From Eledone cirrhosa (lineage: Eukaryota), in the NCBI GenBank assembly GCA_964016885.1, contig OZ024742.1:258788001-258852000 (forward strand): a DNA stretch of 64,000 bases, read 5' to 3'. A program made the position numbers and the translations under genes. Shown here piece after piece: positions 27,575 to 41,580 of the stretch. The stretch's first letter is position 1. Each line of letters begins with the position of its first letter. The notes under the pieces were generated by a model that was not told the origin of the DNA, ran no database searches, and saw only the letters and a program-made list of their open reading frames with translations.

Positions 27575-30500
27575 CTTCAAAATATTAATAAATCTAGACA
27601 TTCTTGTTATCAAATATATTTTATTATACATATTTCAGAGGTACTGAGCTATTTCATCAGTACGTCCTCATCAGATAAAATAAATTGATGTCTGATATAC
27701 CTCAACTGTGCTGATGGGTCAATTCCAGTCTTGGCAGTGATTATTTATAACAAAACTCAATATTCATATACCATAAGTTGTAACATGAACGACTACATAT
27801 ATTAGAGAGGGTACGTAGGAGAACGTGTATAAAAAATATATAATAATAAGTAATAAATATAATAAGTATATATAAAGGGGAGTAAAAATATAAACATATA
27901 ACTACATAACTGTTAAAAATTTAAATAATAAAAAATGTATACCTCCGTATAGGAACAAAAGAGAGAGCGAGAGAGTTAACTAGAGGAGAGAAAGAAAAGG
28001 AAAGAGAGATGATACTAAAAACAAAGGAAGGGAGTTATGTGTGGTAACATATAATTACATAAGGAGAAGGAGAGTCAAGTGTAAGATGCGTGTCCGTTTT
28101 TTTTTTTTCAAATATTAAGTTAATTAGAAATAATCAATTAATTAAATAATTTGAAATGTTTAGACTATAATATTTGAAACAACCTATATTATTGTATTAT
28201 ATCAAAATTAAAACAAATATATAGTGAAAAAGATAATTTAACATAATTCCAAGGGTAATCAAGAGTATATTTAAATTATTAAATATAGTCAATAATTTAG
28301 TTAGAAAGATCAAAATTAAAAATGTTATTAACTAACCATAAAGCTTATAAATGTAATAAATATGATATTATTAAACCAGATTTATTTAGATATAAGCATT
28401 TGTATAGTTCTTATATAAACTATTAGATTTAAATCAATATTTGTCAATATAAATAATATTAATTATTAGTTATAATTACACTTAAGAGTGTTATAATTTT
28501 GATTTAACCAGGTTTTACTGTATTCGAAATTATACATCAAGTTAAGTAGAGATAATTAATCAATTTAGATAAAACGAAACTTGTATACGATAAATGTAAA
28601 CAATATCTTCGTACGACGTAAACAAACATTCAAAGCAATTAAACGGTTTACGAGTCTGTATCAAATTTAAAAGATACAAAGTTTAAAAAATACAAAATCA
28701 AAGCTAAGTGTATTTAAACAATCTAGAGATTAACATATTCTATTAGAGAGCAGGTAAACAAAGTCTATGGTTAGGTAGAAACCTTATATCCATTATTAAT
28801 AATAGCAATAATAATAAAAGCATTACAAGAATTATTATTCAGAGTCAATATCATTTCACACTGGGAATTATTAATAAGAGTCAAAATCATTTCATATGAT
28901 ATCCTAATTTTATATGATGTTTGAAATGTAGATGCAGATTTGTGCAGGCAGTTTGAGAATAATTCACATTTTTGTTAATTAAATTACCATAATTAGCAAT
29001 TATTAATAGAGTCTCGGTATTGCAAATTTTGCAGTTAGGAGAAATAGAGCTATTTTGGTAGACTTGAGAGTTGCGAAGCTTGGACCAAAATATTGAGTAT
29101 TTTAAATTTTCCTCTTTTAAAGACCATATTAGTTGTGATAAAGAATTAGAAAATGTCTTATCCGGATTAGAAAAAGAATGCTTATGATTGGAAAATCTCA
29201 GTTTAAAGCTCGATGAAGTTGCACCTATGTAGTTGTAGGTAATGTTATTTGCTTTAACGGTACATTTATATACTAAGTTCTTATCAAGGCAGTTATTTTG
29301 CAAAGGGCAATCAGATCTACTTCTACAGTTACAGTTCGATTTCCTGTTATTACTATAATCTAAACTGTTCGCGTTATCATTGCTAATATTTATAGGTGTT
29401 CTACTGTAAGTGCTTAAATTAATGTTATTGTTATTCTCTGTATCAATATTATTGTTAATATTAATATCATCATTATCACTAATTATATGTTGGTTATAAC
29501 TAAGAATTCTGCTATTTATTGTTGCAATGTTTTGAGCCATATTCATAGTTGTAGAGTAAGATAGCTTAACTGTGTGTCTATTGAAGATATAATAGTATTT
29601 ATGTGTTCTAGGGAAACAGTTATCTAATGCCTTAAAAAAATAATTGTGCTAGGCGTGTTTTAATAGCTAAAGATGCTGGTGGTGCATACCAAATAACTGA
29701 TTTAGTTCTGATTTTTTCCAAGATTTATTCACGAAATTAGTATTTTTATTCATATTTAAATTATTCTTATTTTAGAGTCTGCTTTATTTATATTATTCTT
29801 ATTATTATTTAGTTCATAATTAGAATTACTATTATCTAGATATTCAATATTATTTTTATATCCTGCCTTATGCAACGCTTCATTATAATATGCAGCTTTG
29901 TTATCAAAAATGAATTTGTTAGCAGATAATCTAGTAAGACATTGTTGAACACTATTGACTATTGCATTTTTAACAGATTTAGGATGATAGGAATGAAAGC
30001 TAACATAATTTAGGTTTTCATTGGATTTATGGAAGGGGTAATATAGTCCTGAATTTAAATAAAGGGTGGCATCAAGGAAGTTAACCACTTTACTGTTACT
30101 TTCTACTTCTAATTTCAGGTCATGATTTTTAAAGAATTCTATAATTGCATTCTTAACCCTATTTAGTTCACTATTGCTATGTTTAACTACAGTAAATAAT
30201 ATATCATCCCTATATAAACCACCGGTAATCTCCGGCAACTTTCTATTTATCATATTAAGGATAACATTTCCCAGAAGATCGGTAATCTGCAGAGTCAGAC
30301 GATACCATAGTAGTGTCGAAATTGTTATGCCTATCAGAACGAGTACAAAAATCATCATTAAAATTAATCTGGGTTCTTCTAGCCGTTAATATGATATTAA
30401 TCTCCTCGCTAGATAGATATGTATGTTTATAAGCGTAAGATAAAGCCTTATTCAGGAGATTAGGTGTTATAGATGAGTAGTAACTCGTTATGTCCATTTG

Positions 30501-30690
30501 AATAAATTTATGATTTTTCTTATTTTCAATGTTCCTAAACCAATCTATTACTTCACTTGTGTCCTTCCATAAGCTCAGCTTTGACTTCAATTTCAATGTT
30601 GGAAAAATTCTATCTATAATATTTTTACTAATTCCAATGTCTGACTTAGAAGTCCTCTTCGAAATTTATTTTGTGATCTTTAAAATTTGT
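27575..30690 (-). mobile_element. Decayed, 5'-truncated Naiad-like PLE (PLE3)
   Basis: Frameshifted pieces 30255-30596 (QMDITSYYSSI), 29756-30358 (YRDD, FLD), 28887-29546 (CNCx5CPx4C, LVY..YIG, CKIC); 3' HHR at 27615-27684. Confidence 0.9.
27615..27684 (-). ncRNA. Hammerhead ribozyme at the PLE3 3' end (family B type)
   Basis: tattttat-CTGATGA-gga c gtactga..tcagtac c tct-GAAA-tatgta-TA-ataaaata. Confidence 0.85.
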
Positions 30691-30699
30691 CCGCGGCTG

Positions 30700-31459
30700 C
30701 CTTGGTACGTTCAACAATCAGGCAGGAAGGTATACGTTGCTGACGATAGCTAATAAGCTTGAAACTAGTTCAGAGTTCCTTTGTCAGTGTTGAACAAACG
30801 AGCAACGATAGTTGCTAGACACTACGGCTTAATACGGGATGTTTGTTTACAAACACATCGAGCATTATAATAAATGTTCGGTGAATCCATACGTACATAT
30901 ATATGTGTGCATGTATGTATATATATATACATACTACTGTACGTCTGTATACATATATGTATGTACGTGTACATACTTATATTTAAGTAACAGCCGTACT
31001 AAGAGTGGGAAATGACATTTCGTTTCATTATTTCCGTTTATCGTTTTCGATGCACCCGGCCGATTAACCCACTCGATATGCACATTGGGTTACTCAGACG
31101 TTAATATTCATAAGGTAAGTATATATGTTCAACAATCTGGCAGGAAGGTATACGTTACTGACGATAGCTAATAAGCTTGAAACTAGTAAAGCGTTACCTT
31201 GTCAGTGTTGAACAAACGAGCAACGATGGTTGCTAGACACTACGGCTTAATACGGGATGTTTGTTTACAAACACATCGAGCATTATAATAAATGTTCGGT
31301 GAATCCATACGTACATATATATATGTGTGCATGTATGTATATATATATACATACTACTGTACGTCTGTATACATATATGTATGTACGTGTACATACTTAT
31401 ATTTAAGTAACAGCTGTACTAAGAGTGGGGAGTGAAATTTCGTTTCATTTTTTCCGTTT
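30700..31459 (+). mobile_element. Family A tandem dimer (418-bp period) with two HHRs
   Basis: CTGACGA at 30740 and 31158, each followed by tagctaataagcttGAAActagt; ends in (TA)n. Confidence 0.85.
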
Positions 31460-31469
31460 ATATATATAT

Positions 31470-31586
<117 letters not shown>

Positions 31587-31937
31587 GTATAAACAATGTT
31601 TCGACATGTATATGAGACCATTTCTTTCGGGTCCAGTTATGGCTACTAATGTATATTGGAGGAGGCACTTTTCAACTGATTGGACTTTCATTCCTGAACG
31701 TGGACAGATATATGAAATGGGAAATAGTTTTCCTCGACTATTTTTTCTCCAAACAGTGAAGATCTTCATATTTGAAAATTGTCAGTAAGCTATTTTTTCA
31801 AGTTTCATTGGTTGTTTTGATTTTCGTCTCCACGAGCGACTTCTGAATTTATCAGTTATTTTGTAAATATCTAAAGTAATTAAGGTAAATTATATCAGAT
31901 AAACATATAAATAATTATAAATAATTATATATACATG

Positions 31938-32124
31938 GGCGGTGGATTGACAGTATCGGTAGAGAGTCGGACGCCATGCTTTCCAGTATAGTTACGTCCC
32001 TTTACGGTATGAGTTCAAATCCCTCCGAGGTTACCTTTGCCTTTCATCCTTACGGGGTCGATAAAATAAAGTACCAGTAATGTACTAGGTATTTGCAGGT
32101 CTTGTGCCAAAAGTAGAAACAATG
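31938..32124 (+). mobile_element. tRNA-derived SINE, full length
   Basis: ggcggtggattgacagtatcgg (A box) ... gagttcaaatcc (B box) ... ggggtcgataaaataaagtaccag ... gccaaaagtagaaacaat. Confidence 0.85.
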
Positions 32125-32226
32125 ATGTATACATGTACACACACACACATATATATATATATTAATACAGAACAGATCTGAAAAACTATTGACATCTAAG
32201 TGCGCACACACGTGTGCTCATATACA

Positions 32227-32260
<34 letters not shown>

Positions 32261-32264
<4 letters not shown>

Positions 32265-35200
32265 AATATAGACATAGAATATTCGAAAATATTCTGTATG
32301 TTTATAATAAACATTTTGAAGACCTAATCGCTATAGAATAGAATACGTCACGTATTACAATTAGATTCTCGATAAAAGCAAGGGAAGTAATCTACGCGTT
32401 TCATTCTTATTAGAAATCTTCAGGACTACATATCCAGTGCTTTTATCGAGAATGACACAGCTAGAGACTTATAGAATACTTAGCTGTGTACAGAAACTGG
32501 TTTGAAAGAGCGGTTGCCGGTCCGGCAGAAATTAGAAATTGGAATAAATGCTCTGAAATAGCGATATATATGTGAATATAGACATAGAATATTCGAAAAT
32601 ATTCTGTATGTTTATAATAAACATTTTGAAGACCTAATCGCTATAGAATAGAATACGTCACGTATTACAATTAGATTCTCGATAAAAGCAAGGGAAGTAA
32701 TCTACGCGTTTCATTCTTATTAGAAATCTTCAGGACTACATATCCAGTGCTTTTATCGAGAATGACACAGCTAGAGACTTATAGAATACTTAGCTGTGTA
32801 CAGAAACTGGTTTGAAAGAGCGGTTGCCGGTCCGGCAGAAATTAGAAATTGGAATAAATGCTCTGAAATAGCGATATATATGTGAATATAGACATAGAAT
32901 ATTCGAAAATATTCTGTATGTTTATAATAAACATTTTGAAGACCTAATCGCTATAGAATAGAATACGTCACGTATTACAATTAGATTCTCGATAAAAGCA
33001 AGGGAAGTAATCTACGCGTTTCATTCTTATTAGAAATCTTCAGGACTACATATCCAGTGCTTTTATCGAGAATGACACAGCTAGAGACTTATAGAATACT
33101 TAGCTGTGTACAGAAACTGGTTTGAAAGAGCGGTTGCCGGTCCGGCAGAAATTAGAAATTGGAATAAATGCTCTGAAATAGCGATATATATGTGAATATA
33201 GATATAGAATATTCGAAAATATTCTGTATGTTTATAATAAACATTTTGAAGACCTAATCGCTATAGAATAGAATACGTCACGTATTACAATTAGATTCTC
33301 GATAAAAGCAAGGGAAGTAATCTACGCGTTTCATTCTTATTAGAAATCTTCAGGAAATCTGCCGGACCGGCAACCGCTCTTTCAAACCAGTTTCTGTACA
33401 CAGCTAAGTATTCTATAAGTCTCTAGCTGTGTCATTCTCGATAAAAGCACTGGATATGTAGTCCTGAAGATTTCTAATAAGAATGAAACGCGTAGATTAC
33501 TTCCCTTGCTTTTATCGAGAATCTAATTGTAATACGTGACGTATTCTATTCTATAGCGATTAGGTCTTCAAAATGTTTATTATAAACATACAGAATATTT
33601 TCGAATATTCTATGTCTATATTCACATATATATCGCTATTTCAGAGCATTTATTCCAATTTCTAATTTCTGCCGGACCGGCAACCGCTCTTTCAAACCAG
33701 TTTCTGTACACAGCTAAGTATTCTATAAGTCTCTAGCTGTGTCATTCTCGATAAAAGCACTGGATATGTAGTCCTGAAGATTTCTAATAAGAATGAAACG
33801 CGTAGATTACTTCCCTTGCTTTTATCGAGAATCTAATTGTAATACGTGACGTATTCTATTCTATAGCGATTAGGTCTTCAAAATGTTTATTATAAACATA
33901 CAGAATATTTTCGAATATTCTATGTCTATATTCACATATATATCGCTATTTCAGAGCATTTATTCCAATTTCTAATTTCTGCCGGACCGGCAACCGCTCT
34001 TTCAAACCAGTTTCTGTACACAGCTAAGTATTCTATAAGTCTCTAGCTGTGTCATTCTCGATAAAAGCACTGGATATGTAGTCCTGAAGATTTCTAATAA
34101 GAATGAAACGCGTAGATTACTTCCCTTGCTTTTATCGAGAATCTAATTGTAATACGTGACGTATTCTATTCTATAGCGATTAGGTCTTCAAAATGTTTAT
34201 TATAAACATACAGAATATTTTCGAATATTCTATGTCTATATTCACATATATATCGCTATTTCAGAGCATTTATTCCAATTTCTAATTTCTGCCGGACCGG
34301 CAACCGCTCTTTCAAACCAGTTTCTGTACACAGCTAAGTATTCTATAAGTCTCTAGCTGTGTCATTCTCGATAAAAGCACTGGATATGTAGTCCTGAAGA
34401 TTTCTAATAAGAATGAAACGCGTAGATTACTTCCCTTGCTTTTATCGAGAATCTAATTGTAATACGTGACGTATTCTATTCTATAGCGATTAGGTCTTCA
34501 AAATGTTTATTATAAACATACAGAATATTTTCGAATATTCTATGTCTATATTCACATATATATCGCTATTTCAGAGCATTTATTCCAATTTCTAATTTCT
34601 GCCGGACCGGCAACCGCTCTTTCAAACCAGTTTCTGTACACAGCTAAGTATTCTATAAGTCTCTAGCTGTGTCATTCTCGATAAAAGCACTGGATATGTA
34701 GTCCTGAAGATTTCTAATAAGAATGAAACGCGTAGATTACTTCCCTTGCTTTTATCGAGAATCTAATTGTAATACGTGACGTATTCTATTCTATAGCGAT
34801 TAGGTCTTCAAAATGTTTATTATAAACATACAGAATATTTTCGAATATTCTATGTCTATATTCACATATATATCGCTATTTCAGAGCATTTATTCCAATT
34901 TCTAATTTCTGCCGGACCGGCAACCGCTCTTTCAAACCAGTTTCTGTACACAGCTAAGTATTCTATAAGTCTCTAGCTGTGTCATTCTCGATAAAAGCAC
35001 TGGATATGTAGTCCTGAAGATTTCTAATAAGAATGAAACGCGTAGATTACTTCCCTTGCTTTTATCGAGAATCTAATTGTAATACGTGACGTATTCTATT
35101 CTATAGCGATTAGGTCTTCAAAATGTTTATTATAAACATACAGAATATTTTCGAATATTCTATGTCTATATTCACATATATATCGCTATTTCAGAGCATT

Positions 35201-35519
35201 TATTCCAATTTCTAATTTCTGCCGGACCGGCAACCGCTCTTTCAAACCAGTTTCTGTACACAGCTAAGTATTCTATAAGTCTCTAGCTGTGTCATTCTCG
35301 ATAAAAGCACTGGATATGTAGTCCTGAAGATTTCTAATAAGAATGAAACGCGTAGATTACTTCCCTTGCTTTTATCGAGAATCTAATTGTAATACGTGAC
35401 GTATTCTATTCTATAGCGATTAGGTCTTCAAAATGTTTATTATAAACATACAGAATATTTTCGAATATTCTATGTCTATATTCACATATATATCGCTATT
35501 TCAGAGCATTTATTCCAAT
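32261..35519. mobile_element. Retrozyme-like tandem array, 310-bp unit with one HHR per unit; ~3.5 units antisense then ~7 units sense
   Basis: Units start 32261, 32571, 32881, 33191; inversion at ~33356; plus-strand cores at 33464, 33774, 34084, 34394, 34704, 35014, 35324; (TA)n flanks; no ORF of 60 aa or more in the track. Confidence 0.92.
33434..33522 (+). ncRNA. Type I hammerhead ribozyme of the 310-bp unit (representative copy)
   Basis: gtagtc-CTGAAGA-t ttct aata agaa t-GAAA-cgcg-TA-gattac; helix I extended by 16 bp attctcgataaaagca/tgcttttatcgagaat; cleavage predicted after 33494. Confidence 0.92.
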
Positions 35520-36224
35520 ATATATATATATATATAAGATTAAGGATACTATTTATGGTTAAGTATATACTAAAACATTTTATAGTTATGTATATTTTAA
35601 ACCCTAAAACAGTGAAGGTCAGTAATTTATTACTACCTTATTACCAGTAAGATAAATAGTTCAATGTAATAACATCAGTTGTTCTACAGAGCAGTTATAT
35701 AGAATTCACAAGAATCAAAGCTATGTTCAAATCATTTTTATTATATACAAAAAATACCTTACCCCTACAACCACCATAATACTCTTACTTACCCGCTTAA
35801 AGTGCTTGTATTACATGTAACACCCTGCCACACAATAATCATATATAAATGAGACACACTTGCATGCCCCACGTGTAATTAACGCATACACTAACTACTA
35901 CATCTGACTAACAAACTATCCTCTTGCATTATCTGTGTTAACTGCCGAATGTATTTTAATTTTATTTTAATTTTAATTTTAATTTTGATTTTGATTTTGA
36001 ATTTGAATTGCTATACAGAAATAATATAGCATAATATATGTCACTCCACTGTACATCAATATATATACATGTATCTGTATGTCTCTTGCGTTGGAAAGGA
36101 GGTCAAATATGTCTACAAACATTGAAAAATGCTCCTCAGACCTCAAGCCTAGGTTTGGATGAAACAATTGTGAATAAATGCTTTGAACATAGCTTTGATT
36201 CTTGTGAATTCTCTCTATATATAC

Positions 36225-36353
<129 letters not shown>

Positions 36354-36639
36354 GAGAAGGTGAAGTTGGAAAAAGCACGGAAAATTTATTTTAGGGTTTG
36401 TTTTACTTTACTTTTCTTTTCTTTTAAGAGTTTTATAATGTATATAAAGTATATAAGGTGTTGCCGCTTTCGATGTATTAATAACATTCACCATATCAAA
36501 TGTTGAGTATTACAATTAAACAGAATTAATAAGAATTAAAGACTAAAAATTAAAGATTTAGAATTAAGAGATATATTTATATATATATGTGTGTGTGTGT
36601 GTGTGTATTTTGTCATGTCTGGTGTTTTATCAAACTTAA

Positions 36640-38115
36640 GCTCTGAGATGTAAAGGTTCGTACGTATTCATGATCATTGGTGAACTGTGATGTTAATTTG
36701 TGTGCATGTGTGGCCTGCTCGTTGAGGAGTACAAGAGAGGAGTAGTGCCATCGTAGATTCAGGAAGTCTGATGTTGTCTTGGGGCTTCCATTTGAATAAA
36801 AAGTGGGTCTTTTGATACAAGCAAGATCTGAATATTTCTGTATTGAGTTGAGGTATATATCCGGCGATTATAAAACCTATAATAGTATTGCGTGGACTTT
36901 TCCAACACTTTCCATATGATGTCTTTCGGTAATCACTTTTCTATTAGTTGCCAAACAATTTGTGCCAGTGCTGATTTTCGTGGGGGGATCTGTAACTGAG
37001 GTATTATGCAATAAAAATATCTGTATAAAATGCTCCTGGACCAAACCTATATATAGTTCGTGGTTCTCTATTTGTATGAGTTTTTGTATTTGATCTCTGC
37101 TTCGTATATTGAGGACTTAACATTACATTTTTGTGGTAATGGACAGTCGTCATTCCTCCTGAAATAGCACCTGGATGTTCCTGTGTTTTTTTTCTTTGCA
37201 CTCAATCTGGATTTCATGAATGTAAAGTAACAATAGGTAATTCTCGCCGAACGTCGATTAAAGATCTTCCTGATTCTATGTTAAGGGGGAGAGTGCTTAT
37301 CGATAAGGTCTAAGAGTTTCTTAACTATATTAGTTTTTACATTTAGTGAGAAAGGAGGTGCAAGCCAGATTACTTTTCTTTTTCTATTGTTATTTCTAGG
37401 CGAGTGTCTATTAGTTATGTATTCGATCTGTTCCTTAAATCCACTGTCTCTGAAGGCATGTTATAGTATGGTGCTGCTTTTCAAGTATCTCTCTGCTGGA
37501 TGATAAGTTCGAGATTCTACGGCTAATGTTGGTTACTAGATTTTTAAAAACCTATATGGGTGACATGGTCCTCTGTTGTTGTATTTCAGCTTCTCGATGG
37601 GTTTATATGTGCATGCTGGTAGGTCCCGGTTGACGTTGAGGAAGTTTGAGCTAGTGATGTTCGTGTTGATCGTGATTTTAAAGCCTAGGGCGTGAAATAT
37701 GCTTATCATATCTTTACGGAACTTGACCATATCGTGCCTGTTGTGGTCGTAGTCCAAAATAGGACCGTGGTCGCGGTACAGATCGATGGTCTGGTCGTAG
37801 AATGTCTGCTTAAGCGTATGGAGAATGTATAATCCAACAAGATTACATACATCAGAGCAGTTGAATGTCCACATCGAGACGTCCAATGAAATATATGTGT
37901 CGGATCTTTTTTACTCAAACGGTGTCATTGTTCAAGAAAGGCGTATTCGTGCGTGGTAAATAAGGTCGAGTTCTCGGTTACAGATAGCTCCGAAGGTACT
38001 TCAGAAGTATATAGCCTTGCCTAGTAGTGTTTTAGTGATAGAATGGTAAAATTCGGTTACATCAAACTGCCTTAACTTAGGCCTCGCTTTGGATGGGATG
38101 TCTTTGAACAAGGAA
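36640..38115 (-). pseudogene. Heavily decayed Naiad-like PLE ORF related to PLE2
   Basis: DVCNLVGLYILHTLK..LYRDHG..KFRKDMIS..KITINTN..NFL aligns by eye with PLE2; [18 protein letters not shown] at ~37330-37385. Confidence 0.8.
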
Positions 38116-38349
38116 ATCTGAACCCATTTGAACCCATTTCATGTCTGATCACATGCTCGAATGAAGGGCCAGTTCAAGAGAGCTTCCTCCAATGTACAGT
38201 GGTGGCCACAACTGGAACCCGACGCCAATGGTCAGGCTTGCTTCTTAAGTGTATGAAACTTACTTTATACTACGAAAGCTTTCTTTCAATATATTGAGCA
38301 CTCTTTTCCCTGGTCTTTCATCTACAGATTTCTGCACACACACACACAC

Positions 38350-38412
<63 letters not shown>

Positions 38413-38634
38413 TGTGTGTGTGTGTGTGTGTTTGTGTGTGTGTTTGTGTGTGTTTGTGTGTTAATGAGTGTAATTGTGTGCATTTTAAGATGTTGACTAA
38501 CTGGGATTGTGCTGGATATTGCCTAATGCCAACAATATCTAATTATTAACGCCACAGTAATACGTAGTACAACGGAGAATTACTAAATAATATAAAACAT
38601 GAATATCTACATCTATCCTTCGCTTATACATATA

Positions 38635-38672
<38 letters not shown>

Positions 38673-39056
38673 GAAGTCTATGTTGTTCAGTGAATTACTA
38701 GTGTTGGTTTCAAAGCAAGTACTCAATACACAAGCAGAGTGTAAGAAAAAATAACGATCAAATTTCATTTACATATAAATGATATTTATTGTGACCTTTT
38801 ACGCGCTTTTTGGCAGTCTGAGGACTAGATCGATAGCGGCGTCGGATCCTTAGCTCCAATGGTGACCTTAAGACCTCTGCTAAACGCACAGGGTAATCGG
38901 CCGTTGAGTTGGACTTTTGCCACTGCGACCCCCACCAAAATTAATGCTAGTCCGTCGGGTTCAAAGCGTCTAATGTAATCCAAAGGCAGTGCAGTGGATT
39001 AAGGGTCGAGGGTCAACATATTAACTTATAGTAATTAAGCTAAAATAGATAGATAA

Positions 39057-39174
<118 letters not shown>

Positions 39175-39414
39175 AAGTAAACAGAAACGACAAAGCAAAT
39201 AACACTACATAATAAAAGTATTAGTTTCAGGCTTCATTTAGTAGGAAAAGAGTCTTTACACATCAGACACAGAATTAAAAACTGAAATAGAACCATAGAG
39301 TGAAAAGAGGATGGATCGGAAAAACTACTTTGAGAAAAAGTACATGTGTATTCCGTCAACAATTTATATATATAATATATATATAGAGAGAAAATGAGGG
39401 TTTTCTTCAATGAC

Positions 39415-39583
39415 AGTGTCGTGGGGGCAGAGTCCTCAAACACTCCTTCTAGTGGGTTCTCTCAGAAGCAACTATCTCCAAACAAAACCAGTCGAGCTCA
39501 TGGACGTTATCTATCCATCTTCCACAGTGTCTAACAGGACCCGCTAGAAGGAGTGTTTGGGGACTCTGCTCCCAGGACACTCT
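39415..39583. repeat. Small inverted repeat
   Basis: gcagagtcctcaaacactccttctagtggg / cccgctagaaggagtgtttggggactctgc; spacer shares a motif with ~15705. Confidence 0.7.
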
Positions 39584-39639
39584 CAGGATTTAGTGAGAAG
39601 AAGAAGAAGATATTGTTATATTTTTGGAGGGTCACACTG

Positions 39640-40955
39640 CCAAAAAATCATGCGCACCTGAGAGATTTCCCTTGAATTTATTATAAATTTCCATTCAGAT
39701 AGTTTAATAACCAGACTGTAATTTCTTTGTCCTTGATTGTTAAAGCTGTTTTGTCACACATTCTGTGACCTCTTCAATGAATTGTTTTGAGTTATTTTTT
39801 ATGTCTTCTTTGTTCTACCCTGCCCCATTTTGCCGTGTACTTGGGCTGCGCATGCGTTCTTTCGAGGTTTGTGATTGTGGGTGTTTGTTTGTGTGTGTTT
39901 GTGTGTGTGTTGATTTATTTGTTTATGTATCTATCTATTTATCTATTTTAATATATTTATTTGTTGATATATTTATACATTTATTTATTGTTGGTTAGTT
40001 TTTCTATCTATGTTGGTCTAGTTTGTTTTATTAGTTTAGTTTTTGTGTGTTTCTGTATATCATTATCTTCTCTTTAGTCATCAGCTGTGAGGTTGTAGTC
40101 ATTGCACTCATGTTTTCTCTTTAGTTTTACTTGTGGTTTGTTTAAGTTCGCGGCTTCTGGAATCTGTCGGAGTCTGTTTTGCGTGTGGATATAATTTTTA
40201 TCTCGACATTCTGTAGTGTACTCCCATGTTCAATTCTGGCATTTTGGTGGAGTACTGAAGAGATGTATACGTCTTGGGGTTATCGCTAGTGTTCTTTTAT
40301 AATTTTCCCTATCTACGAAAGTCGCTTTCCTATACCTACACTGTCTCTCCTTAAATCTCATGCTATATAATACGTTCCTAGTTTTACAGATAATTGGTGG
40401 CCTTAATTTGCAGAATATACATTTCCTACCACTGCATGAGATTTTCTCTAAAGAGTATCTTCTTCTAATTAGAGCTTTTATGAGATTACCTGGTTTTTCT
40501 ACAATCTTAATATTTCATTTTATTCTTTATAGGGAGCTTGTAAATATATATGCTAGTTCGGCTATGGGGGTTGCATCGACGAGCATTACTCTCTGATCTT
40601 TGCTGGTATCATACCATGAGTTGATCTTATGTCTTCTATCCTATTCCAAAATTTACTCCTGTACATGGGGTAAGTCCGATTCAGATCATTTTCAAAAATC
40701 TTCATCCATTTGGCCCAAACTCCTTTATACACGCTGATCCTGCCTTTCTGATTGTAGCCAGAGATCGGCATGCAATGGATGAATTGTTGTACGCGACTCT
40801 CTAATTCATTAGGATCGCACATGCGGGATCACACATGAAATCCAACAGATGTGTGTTCTTCTATTGGAAGCATGACCCTCCCAAAGTATAAAAATAACCG
40901 TCTCAACAGATGTTTTCAGATAAGTAATCTTGCAAAACATATACAATTACGGAAC
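39640..40955 (-). mobile_element. Decayed PLE family F copy with short inverted pLTR piece (~40835-40955)
   Basis: YPMYRSKFWNRIE shared with the 59875 ORF; 3' UTR reverse-complementary to 60560-60900. Confidence 0.8.
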
Positions 40956-41580
40956 ATATACATAAATAAATATGTATATATATATATATATATATACATA
41001 TTTGTATAAAGCTATGCTTGAAGCGAAATACTATTTATATATATATAGGGGATCGAAATTTATACGAGGTTGACTTTTACACTAATGCATACAGAATGTG
41101 TTAGTTTAAAAGTCAACCTCCTATACATTTCGATCCCATATTAAGGTCCCAAATCTGCAATTTTCGACATTATTCATTCACATGTAACAGATCAACTTTT
41201 AGATTCAAGGGTTTATGACAAACATGAATGTTACAATCTAGAATGATTTTCATTGCATCTTATGGATAACTGTTTTCATGTACCATCGCTCACAATTTTA
41301 AAACATCTGACAGATGTCTTAACATTCATTAAATTATCAACCTCTATACTAGTGAGATATAATGTATATCACATCATTATTTCTCCTATGTAATTCACTA
41401 CATTCATTTACTTCCCCTTGATTATTCTTATCGTCGGAAGAAGAGATATTAATCTCGAAATATCAGGACAAATGAATAAGTTAAGGTAAAAAAAGAATCC
41501 CTGTTTCTTAAGATTTAATTATTCTCGGCCCAAGCCCGCATTATTGTTGCTTTCAAACTTCGAATTTCTTTATATATATA

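Noticed and set aside
31938-32030. tRNA gene
   Set aside because: A/B boxes belong to a SINE head; no cloverleaf or terminator
32261-35519. CRISPR array or ordinary satellite
   Set aside because: No unique spacers and a eukaryotic context; each unit holds a full HHR and the array has a PLE-like inverted layout
36095-36145. Minus-strand gaggt-CTGAGGA...acctc downstream of the decayed PLE
   Set aside because: Helix I pairs but GAAA and UH are lost; possibly a dead HHR, too decayed to call
41430-41470. cggaagaagagatattaatctcgaaatatc HHR-like motif, and hairpin at 41045-41140
   Set aside because: Core mutated and helix I unclear; likely a pLTR relic but unsupported
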